DNA of 9,118 nt, taken from the sequence record OY723377.1. The stretch is one strand, 5' to 3'. The first letter of the stretch is position 1. Each line of letters starts with the position of its first letter. The notes beneath the pieces were generated by a model. The model was given only the letters and a program-made list of their open reading frames with translations, was not told the DNA's origin and did not search any database. A program made the translations under genes and the position numbers. Below, one piece after another: positions 1 through 6,881 of this stretch.

Positions 1-277
1 CATCGCGAGCATCCCCGGACCCCATATCTCATGATCTGATGGTCTCCGGATCCGCTCATGGTCTCCAGATCTGCACATCCCCAGACCCCTAATCCGACAC
101 CCACAGCATATGGTCTCATAGTATGTATCTAATGGTGATGGTATCCATAGTGGTCTGTATCCCTACTACACACCCCATGGTATGTAGTGCATATGGTCTG
201 CATGCCCTCATGGTCTCCGGATCCCTGCATCCCTGGATCCCATACCCATGGCATCCCCAGACCCCCGGATCTCATGA

Positions 278-912
278 TTTGAGACCCCAAATCCATCATT
301 TTGAGACCTCTAAAATCATCATTTTAGACCCCAAAACCATGGATTTCAGGTCCTCAGATATGCTCTCCGGGATGCTCGTAATGGTCATAATGGCTCTCAG
401 AGGATATGGGGATACTCCCCGTAGGCCTCTCGGTAGCCCAGGATGCACGGAGGGACATTCCCTGTGGAGGTGATCTCCTCAGGTATCCCGTATGCCATAT
501 CCTGTCATTAGGTACCCATTCCGACCCATTTGGTGTCCCCAAAATCATCACTTTTGGTGACCAAAGGGGTACCCCTTTGCAACACGTTTTGGGACCCCCT
601 AAAATGGTCACTTTTGGGACCTCTTTAGGTACCCTTCCCGGCACCCCTTAAGGGCCATCCTTCGAGGAATGGCACCATTTAGGGGGTCTGAAAGGGGGTC
701 AGAAAGGGTGCTAAAAGGGTACATGCATGAGTACTCACACACCATCTTTAAGGGGTTTCGGGGGTTCTGTATCCCTCGAAGGATCCCCCTTAGTATATGG
801 GGTGGTGTTCCCATGTGCAAAAGGGGCTAAAAGTGGTGTTTTCGACCCTTTTTGCATGCCAAAACCACCAAAATCGATGGTTTTGAGCACCCCAAATCAC
901 TCATTTTGGGGG
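278..912. repeat. Proximal domain of alternating A-tract/T-tract short motifs (V-type), copy A, interrupted by element X1
   Basis: Tracts read directly: T278-280, A289-291, T299-302, A312-315, T322-325, A333-336, T344-346. CCCCAAAA-TCATCAC-TTTTGG lies at about 537-557 and CTAAAA-TGGTCAC-TTTTGGG at about 599-618. Similar motifs run through 823-912. Confidence 0.75.
387..511. repeat. Element X copy X1-A (~125 bp dispersed repeat, function unknown)
   Basis: Runs from ATAATGGCTCTCAGAGG to CCTGTCATTAG. It shares a 64-bp core (421-484) that is 100% identical to 972-1035. Confidence 0.85.
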
Positions 913-937
913 TTTCGGGCCCTGTCCAATACCCTCC

Positions 938-1035
938 ATAATGGTCTCTTAGAGGATATGGGGTACTGCATGTAGGCCTCTCGGTAGCCCAGGATGCACG
1001 GAGGGACATTCCCTGTGGAGGTGATCTCCTCAGGT
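938..1035. repeat. Element X copy X2-A (shared portion; 3' flank differs from X1)
   Basis: Begins ATAATGGTCTCTTAGAGG. The core 972-1035 is identical to 421-484. Upstream of the core, GGGGATACTCCCC is replaced by GGGGTACTGCATG. Confidence 0.85.
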
Positions 1036-1107
1036 TCCATAATGCCCTAGATGTGCTAATCCCGTGCCGATACCTACTCGCAACACATGTTTTGGGACCC
1101 CCCTAAA

Positions 1108-1342
1108 ACATGTATTTCGACCCATTTGGGGTCCTCATACCATGGCACCATCCTCTGTGCACATACCATGTATCTAGAGGATGTGGTCTCCATAGGTATC
1201 GTGGGCATATCCCCTACCCTATGATATAGGTACCATGCAGAGCATGTATACTCCTTATAGCATATGTAGTGATCCCCATGGTGTCTAAGGGATCTGGTGA
1301 TGTACTGGATATCACCATAATCATGTAATCTGAGTACATCAG
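1108..1342. repeat. Element W copy W1-A (~235 bp)
   Basis: Runs from ACATGTATTTCGACCCATTTGGGG to AATCATGTAATCTGAGTACATCAG. It aligns to 2154-2387 with a handful of substitutions. Confidence 0.9.
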
Positions 1343-1922
1343 ATCATGTGTTTCATGTCATCAAATGCATGCAATATCATGATATCTGGTGTCTACTGGA
1401 TACCCTCTATATATCATATAGTACCCGAATACCTGCAAGGGCGGATCCTTATGGTTCCCCTTGTACGGATATGCTGTAGTACTAGTGTTAGTGGGTACCA
1501 TAATGAGTACATATCGAGTACTTCATATCATCAGATCATGTGTTTCATGTCATCAAATGCATGCAATATCATGATATCTGGTGTCTACTGGATACTCCCT
1601 ATATACCATATAGTACTCCATACACCTCTGCATGGTGTAATGGTACCCGTACTCCCCATGTACTGTATACCATAGGATACATGGTACTAATGGTGTGTAT
1701 GCTGTTGTACTAGTGGTATTAGATGTGTATACCTACTCATAATGAGTACTTCATGTCATCAAATCATGTGTTTTCATGTCATCAAATGCATGCCAATACC
1801 ATGATATCTGGTGTTACAGGGACTCCTCTAGATACCCATAGTACTCCATATACTCCCGTAATGGTGTAATGGTACCCGTAGCCCCCATGTCCTATATACC
1901 ATAGGATACATGGTCTGCTGGT
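1343..1922. repeat. Proximal Z sub-repeat array, copy A (three units starting at 1343, 1535 and 1763)
   Basis: The head motif ATCATGTGTTT(T)CATGTCATCAAATGCATGC recurs at 192- and 228-bp spacing. The bodies are related and rich in CATG/GTAC/TAC. Confidence 0.9.
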
Positions 1923-1960
1923 ATGTATCTAGTAGTACTCGTTGCCTGTACCCCTCCGAA

Positions 1961-2180
1961 AGGGTCTAAATACACCATTTTAGGGGTCCAAAACACCCAT
2001 TTTAGGGTCCTAAAAGTGCTCATGGGGGTACCCCCACGAGCCCTTTTTATGACCATTTCTGGGCTTGATTTGCGGACCCCTTTTGGGGGATTGAATCACC
2101 CGTTTTGGGTCCTCCAGAAAGGTGCCAAAAGTGGTCATTTTAGACACCCCAAATCATGTATTTGGACCCTTTTGGGGACC
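1961..2180. repeat. V-type A/T-tract motif block, copy A
   Basis: A1968-1970, T1978-1981, A1990-1993, T2000-2003, A2012-2015. GGTGCCAAAA-GTGGTCA-TTTTAG lies at 2121-2143. Confidence 0.75.
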
Positions 2181-2387
2181 TCATACCATGGCACCATCCT
2201 CTGTGCACATACCATGTATCTAGAGGATATGGTCTCCATAGGTATCGTGGGCATATCCCCTACCCTATGATATAGGTACCATGCAGAGCATGTATACTCC
2301 TTATAGCATATGTAGTGATCCCCATGGTCTCTAAGGGATCTGGTGATGTCCTGGATACCACCATAATCATGTAATTGAGTACATGAA
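2154..2387. repeat. Element W copy W2-A
   Basis: Paralog of 1108-1342 within the same macro-unit, at an offset of about 1,045 bp. Confidence 0.9.
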
Positions 2388-2449
2388 ATCATGTGTTTTG
2401 ATGTCATGATTTGATGCCATAATCTCATGATCTGATGGTATGATGAGTA

Positions 2450-3087
2450 CATACTACTACATACTACTAGTACATGCATGCCATACCACCATAGTACACT
2501 GTATGGTATGGTACAGGGTTAAGGTGCTATCCCTGAGGATGACCTATTCTGTGCATGCAGATAGTAGTGTATCTGTTCATAGTACTACTCATACTACTAC
2601 ATCATTCCATACCACCATTGTATCATGTATTCCATACCACCATTGTATACATTGCATGGTATGATGAGTACTAGTATACTGTATGGTGTGCAGCTCTGCA
2701 TACTACTAGTATATACTATACGTAGCTGTGTACTCTGCATACGTATCATGATGATACCTGTCTAACAGTATGTTCATCAGATACATAGCATGGTATGCAT
2801 GCACTACTTAGCACTCCTCCTGTGGTATGTAGTATCTCATGCTCTGCACCTATGTACAGTGTACTGAGGATGGGCAGCACCACAATGTAGCTATTAGCAT
2901 ATCATGAGTGCACCATCCATCATACAGATACTAGTAGTATATCCATAGACGTGTGCATCATCATATACACTGCTAGGGTAATGTTAAAGGTCACGTTATC
3001 GTATACTAGTGCATAGTCTCTCCCTTGGTCCCTCACTCCCTGTATGGCAGTGTATAGACCATGTAGAGATACTATGCACTAATACGA
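2450..3087. repeat. A-specific ~640-bp segment of strongly diverged Y/Z-like sub-repeats
   Basis: It has no colinear counterpart in copy B, where about 7370-7511 occupies the site. It has the same TAC/CATG-rich composition. Its start is weakly alignable to the Y body. An internal direct repeat TTCCATACCACCATTGTAT lies at about 2605-2623 and 2630-2648. Confidence 0.7.
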
Positions 3088-3775
3088 TGTGTATACCTAT
3101 CCATTAAGTACATCATTAGATACATCAAACCATGTGTTTCATGTCATTAGATGTATCAATACATGATACTACTAGTACTCTCTAGATACTCATAGTACTC
3201 CATACACCTCTGCAATGGTGGTATGGTACCCGTACTCCCCATGTACTGTATACCATAGGATACATGGTACTAATGGTGTGTATGCTGTTGTACTAGTGGT
3301 ATTAGATGTGTATACCTACTCATAATGAGTACTTCATGTCATCAAATGCATGCAATCACATGATGATACTGCTCATGAGTACCTACCCGTAGTAGTATAC
3401 ATGTGGTATCCATGGTATACATAGTACTCGTAGTGTATGCTGTTAGGCTATGATGTAGGGGTATCCTGTACCCCTCATACCATCCGTGCATACTACTAGT
3501 ATCCTGTATATCACTAGATACTGTATATGATCATACGTGCAAACCATGTGTTCAGATGTCTCGAAACATGTGTTTTGGTGTCATGACATACACATTCTAT
3601 ACTACTAATGAGTACCTATCCATGGTATGTGCTGTAAGGGATACTAGGGGATATGGTGTATACCTCTAATGGGGCATATGCTGCCATTAGGGATACCCCC
3701 AATACCTGTAGTACTCTGTATAGCTCATTATGCCATGATATGCAATAGTAGTGGATTCGCTCATCTCGACTAGAT
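3088..3775. repeat. Distal Z/Y sub-repeat array, copy A (Z-like unit from about 3129, Y at 3334-3522, degenerate tail)
   Basis: A degenerate head ACCATGTGTTTCATGTCATTAGATG lies at 3129. The tail holds ACCATGTGTTCAGATG...AACATGTGTTTTGGTGTCATGAC at about 3543-3587. Confidence 0.8.
3334..3522. repeat. Y sub-repeat (189 bp), single copy in macro-copy A
   Basis: Runs from TCATGTCATCAAATGCATGCAATCACATGATGATACTGCTCATGAG to CACTAGATACT. Colinear with 7760-7948. Confidence 0.85.
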
Positions 3776-3794
3776 CATGTCACGAAATGACATG
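3776..3794. repeat. Perfect 7-bp inverted repeat CATGTCA-CGAAA-TGACATG
   Basis: Read directly and conserved in both macro-copies. Function unknown. Confidence 0.6.
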
Positions 3795-3910
3795 TTTTGG
3801 GAGGTGTGCCGATACCCACTAGTAACACAGATACTGTATGGTATGCAGGTATCCCCATTCCCTCGATAAAGAGGCATCAGGGGATATGCACATGCCACCA
3901 GTACACTAAG

Positions 3911-4172
3911 GACTCCAAAGGGTGCCAAAAGGGGTCCAAAAGTGCTCATTTTAGGGGTACCCGTAAATGGCATAATTGCCCCGATTTCGCGTACTCATAT
4001 TCCTAAGGTCACTGTAAGGAATATGGTCTCCGGCGATGGCATTCCCATTGTGTGCATCCGAAAAGGGCATAAAATGACCCATTTTAGGCACTTTTGGGCC
4101 TTTTGGGGTCGCAAATGTGCACATTAAGACCCCTAATGTCTCCAAAAGGGTCCAAAATGATGCATTCGTTTT
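3911..4172. repeat. V-type A/T-tract motif block, copy A (two motif clusters, 3911-3960 and 4058-4172)
   Basis: GGGGTCCAAAA-GTGCTCA-TTTTAGGGG has A3938-3941 and T3949-3952. GGGCATAAAATGACCCATTTTAGGCACTTTTGGGCCTTTTGGGG lies at about 4065-4108. Confidence 0.75.
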
Positions 4173-4195
4173 CTGTCTGACTCGGATCCGCCCTT

Positions 4196-4214
4196 CGCGC
4201 GCGCGCGCGTGTGT
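4196..4214. repeat. Alternating purine-pyrimidine tract (CG)7(TG)2T, 19 nt
   Basis: CGCGCGCGCGCGCGTGTGT read directly. Confidence 0.95.
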
Positions 4215-4454
4215 TACTATACACTAAGGGCACACAATTTAGGGGTTCCGAGCACCTCCAGACCCCCAATCCGACACCCTCTGGGATACCCTATCTGAGG
4301 GGTACGGGCCCGAATCCCTTAGGAGCACCTTAGGGATGGCATTGGGGAGGGGTCTGGGAGCACCCAGAAAGGGTCCCAAAACGAGTGATTTAGGGTCCAA
4401 AACACCCATTTTGGGAGGTCTCGGGATACCTCAGATACCCCATTTCTGGAGGTC

Positions 4455-4946
4455 TTGGGGTCCTCAGATCATGGCATCCGTGTCCTCAGATACCTAATAC
4501 CTATGGTCTGCGAGTCCTTAGTACCTATCTGCATGGTCTGTATGCCCGTATCCTCTGTGCCATGTCCTCTGTGCATGTCCTCAGTACCTCTCTGCGAGTC
4601 CTCAGTACCTAATGCCTATACCTATCTGCATACCTATCTGCATACCTATCTGCATACCTATCTGCACAGGTCCTCAGATACATCGCGAGCATCTCCAGAC
4701 CCCCGGATCTCATGATCTGATGGTCTCCGGATCCGCTCATGGTCTCCAGATCTGCACATCCCCAGACCCCCAATCCGACACCCACAGCATATGGTCTCAT
4801 AGTATGTATCTAATGGTGATGGTATCCATAGTGGTCTGTATCCCTACTACACACCCCATGGTATGTAGTGCATATGGTCTGCATGCCCTCATGGTCTCCG
4901 GATCCCTGCATCCCTGGATCCCATACCCATGGCATCCCCAGACCCC
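4455..4946. repeat. Junction module of degenerate short repeats spanning the A/B unit boundary
   Basis: There are repeated ATGGTCT(C/G), GTCCTCAGTACCT and CATCCCCAGACCCCC variants. The + strand is pyrimidine-biased (8 of 12 bases in the 12-mer). The same module is split across the window ends, at 8881-9118 and 1-265. Confidence 0.7.
4619..4666. repeat. 12-mer microsatellite (TACCTATCTGCA)x4
   Basis: Four perfect units: 4619-4630, 4631-4642, 4643-4654 and 4655-4666. Confidence 0.97.
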
Positions 4947-4958
4947 CGGATCTCATGA

Positions 4959-5593
4959 TTTGAGACCCCAAATCCATCATTTTGAGACCTCTAAAATCAT
5001 CATTTTAGACCCCAAAACCATGGATTTCAGGTCCTCAGATATGCTCTCCGGGATGCTCGTAATGGTCATAATGGCTCTTAGAGGATATGGGGATACTCCC
5101 CGTAGGCCTCTCGGTAGCCCAGGATGCACGGAGGGACATTCCCTGTGGAGGTGATCTCCTCAGGTATCCCGTATGCCATATCCTGTCATTAGGTACCCAT
5201 TCCGACCCATTTGGTGTCCCCAAAATCATCACTTTTGGTGACCAAAGGGGTACCCCTTTGCAACACGTTTTGGGACCCCCTAAAATGGTCACTTTTGGGA
5301 CCTCTTTAGGTACCCTTCCCGGCACCCCTTAAGGGCCATCCTTCGAGGAATGGCACCATTTAGGGGGTCTGAAAGGGGGTCAGAAAGGGTGCTAAAAGGG
5401 TACATGCATGAGTACTCACACACCATCTTTAAGGGGTTTCGGGGGTTCTGTATCCCTCGAAGGATCCCCCTTAGTATATGGGGTGGTGTTCCCATGTGCA
5501 AAAGGGGCTAAAAGTGGTGTTTTCGACCCTTTTTGCATGCCAAAACCACCAAAATCGATGGTTTTGAGCACCCCAAATCACTCATTTTGGGGG
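4959..5593. repeat. Proximal V-type A/T-tract motif domain, copy B
   Basis: Identical to 278-912 at offset +4681, except for C398/T5079. Confidence 0.75.
5068..5192. repeat. Element X copy X1-B
   Basis: Equals 387-511 at +4681 with one substitution (C398/T5079). Confidence 0.85.
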
Positions 5594-5618
5594 TTTCGGG
5601 CCCTGTCCAATACCCTCC

Positions 5619-5716
5619 ATAATGGTCTCTTAGAGGATATGGGGTACTGCATGTAGGCCTCTCGGTAGCCCAGGATGCACGGAGGGACATTCCCTGTGGA
5701 GGTGATCTCCTCAGGT
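5619..5716. repeat. Element X copy X2-B
   Basis: Equals 938-1035 at +4681. Confidence 0.85.
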
Positions 5717-5786
5717 TCCATAATGCCCTAGATGTGCTAATCCCGTGCCGATACCTACTCGCAACACATGTTTTGGGACCCCTAAA

Positions 5787-6021
5787 ACATGTATTTCGAC
5801 CCATTTGGGGTCCTCATACCATGGCACCATCCTCTGTGCACATACCATGTATCTAGAGGATGTGGTCTCCATAGGTATCGTGGGCATATCCCCTACCCTA
5901 TGATATAGGTACCATGCAGAGCATGTATACTCCTTATAGCATATGTAGTGATCCCCATGGTGTCTAAGGGATCTGGTGATGTACTGGATATCACCATAAT
6001 CATGTAATCTGAGTACATCAA
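5787..6021. repeat. Element W copy W1-B
   Basis: Equals 1108-1342 at +4679, essentially identical. Confidence 0.9.
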
Positions 6022-6421
6022 ATCATGTGTTTTCATGTCATCAAATGCATGCAATATCATGATATCTGGTGGTCTACTGGATACCCTCTATATATCATAT
6101 AGTACCCGAATACCTGCAAGGGCGGATCCTTATGGTTCCCCTTGTACGGATATGCTGTAGTACTAGTGTTAGTGGGTACCATAATGAGTACATATCGAGT
6201 ACTTCATATCATCAGATCATGTGTTTCATGTCATCAAATGCATGCCATTACATGATATCTGGTGTCTACTGGATACTCCCTATATACCATATAGTACTCC
6301 ATACACCTCTGCATGGTGTAATGGTACCCGTACTCCCCATGTACTGTATACCATAGGATACATGGTACTAATGGTGTGTACGCTGTTGTACTAGTGGTAT
6401 TAGATGTGTATACCTACTCAT

Positions 6422-6670
6422 AATGAGTACTTCATGTCATCAAAACACATGATTTCATGTCATCAAATCTATGCAATTACATGATATTCCGTGTATCTAA
6501 TGATGTGCTGGATACTCCCTAATGGCCATAATGGCTCTTAGAGGGTATGGGGATACTCCCCGTAGGCCTCTCGGTAGCCTGGATGTGCAGAGAGGGTATT
6601 CCCTGTGGAGGTGGTCTCCTCAGGTATCCCGTATGCCATATCCTGTCATTAGATGTGTATACCTACTCAT
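6422..6670. repeat. B-specific 249-bp segment (extra Z-like head plus X3)
   Basis: Bounded by the 23-bp direct repeat ATTAGATGTGTATACCTACTCAT at 6399-6421 and 6648-6670. Copy A has a single copy of this 23-mer, ending at 1740. Confidence 0.85.
6528..6652. repeat. Element X copy X3-B (diverged third copy, present only in macro-copy B)
   Basis: Colinear with X1 from ATAATGGCTCTTAGAGGG to CCTGTCATTAG, with several substitutions in the core (6562-6625). It lies inside the B-specific 249-bp segment. Confidence 0.8.
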
Positions 6671-6881
6671 TTCATGTCATCAAATCATGTGTTTTCATGT
6701 CATCAAATGCATGCCAATACCATGATATCTGGTGTTACAGGGACTCCTCTAGATACCCATAGTACTCCATATACTCCCGTAATGGTGTAATGGTACCCGT
6801 AGCCCCCATGTCCTATATACCATAGGATACATGGTCTGCTGGTATGTATCTAGTAGTACTCGTTGCCTGTACCCCTCCGAA

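Larger units (their letters stand above)
1..4680. repeat. Macro-repeat copy A (4,680 bp) of a head-to-tail tandem pair
   Basis: CATCGCGAGC at 1-10 recurs at 4681-4690. CACAGGTCCTCAGATA at 4665-4680 recurs at 9103-9118. Colinear blocks are about 1-2449 = 4681-7369 and 3088-4680 = 7512-9118. ORF-track entries recur at offsets +4681, +4921 and +4426. Confidence 0.97.
6022..6843. repeat. Proximal Z sub-repeat array, copy B (expanded by one extra unit plus X3)
   Basis: Heads lie at 6022, 6216 and 6684. A variant head at about 6432-6470 carries an inverted 10-mer. Confidence 0.9.

Noticed and set aside
87-92. Isolated CCCTAA telomere-like hexamers (also within CCCCTAAAA motifs at about 597-603 and 1101-1107)
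   Set aside because: These are single occurrences, never tandem. The one at 87-92 is not even conserved in copy B (CCCCAA). They are by-products of the C-run plus A-run V motifs.
799-809. GGGGTGGTGTT resembles the kinetoplast minicircle universal 12-mer (GGGGTTGGTGTA)
   Set aside because: It is an imperfect match, with one T missing and a different 3' end. The CSB-1/CSB-2 blocks are not at the expected spacing, and the unit size and composition do not fit minicircles.
1343-1922. Regularly spaced conserved ~30-bp heads could superficially suggest a CRISPR array
   Set aside because: The spacing is about 190-230 bp, not about 60-75 bp. The sequences between heads are homologous to each other, so they are sub-repeat bodies rather than unique spacers. 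The heads are imperfect, and there are no cas genes or any other genes nearby.
123-2664. Numerous 60-116 aa ORFs on both strands, duplicated in copy B
   Set aside because: They recur only because the DNA is repeated. They overlap one another in different frames and strands. Small indels between copies change their extents (60 vs 98 aa, 109 vs 95 aa). The translations are compositionally odd (rich in M/Y/H/C/P/G/V). No start context or homology is recognisable.
3776-3798. Hairpin CATGTCA-CGAAA-TGACATG followed by TTTT resembles an intrinsic terminator
   Set aside because: The stem is only 7 bp and A/T-rich, the T-run is 4 nt, and there is no upstream gene to terminate. The motif is a variant of the CATGTCAT head family that pervades the arrays.
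4304-4320. ACGGG-CCCGAAT-CCCTT looks like a tRNA T-arm (GGG..CGAATCCC)
   Set aside because: The loop lacks the TTCGA consensus and the stem is imperfect. No complementary acceptor 5' strand (TGCTCCT) lies about 65-72 nt upstream, and I could not find a D-arm or anticodon arm.
4612-5154. Longest ORF in the window (180 aa, + strand)
   Set aside because: Its N-terminus is the in-frame translation of the 12-mer microsatellite (PICIPICI...). The rest equals ORF 123-473, which in copy A starts 69 codons later. There is no recognisable domain, the sequence is low-complexity, and antisense ORFs overlap it (5035-5325). Its length is an artefact of a 12-bp repeat lacking stops.
6399-6670. Insertion flanked by 23-bp direct repeats could be a transposon with a target-site duplication
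   Set aside because: The 23-mer is itself part of the standard sub-repeat tail. The insert is built from local modules (a Z-like head plus element X) and has no terminal inverted repeats or transposase. Unequal or ectopic recombination explains it fully.
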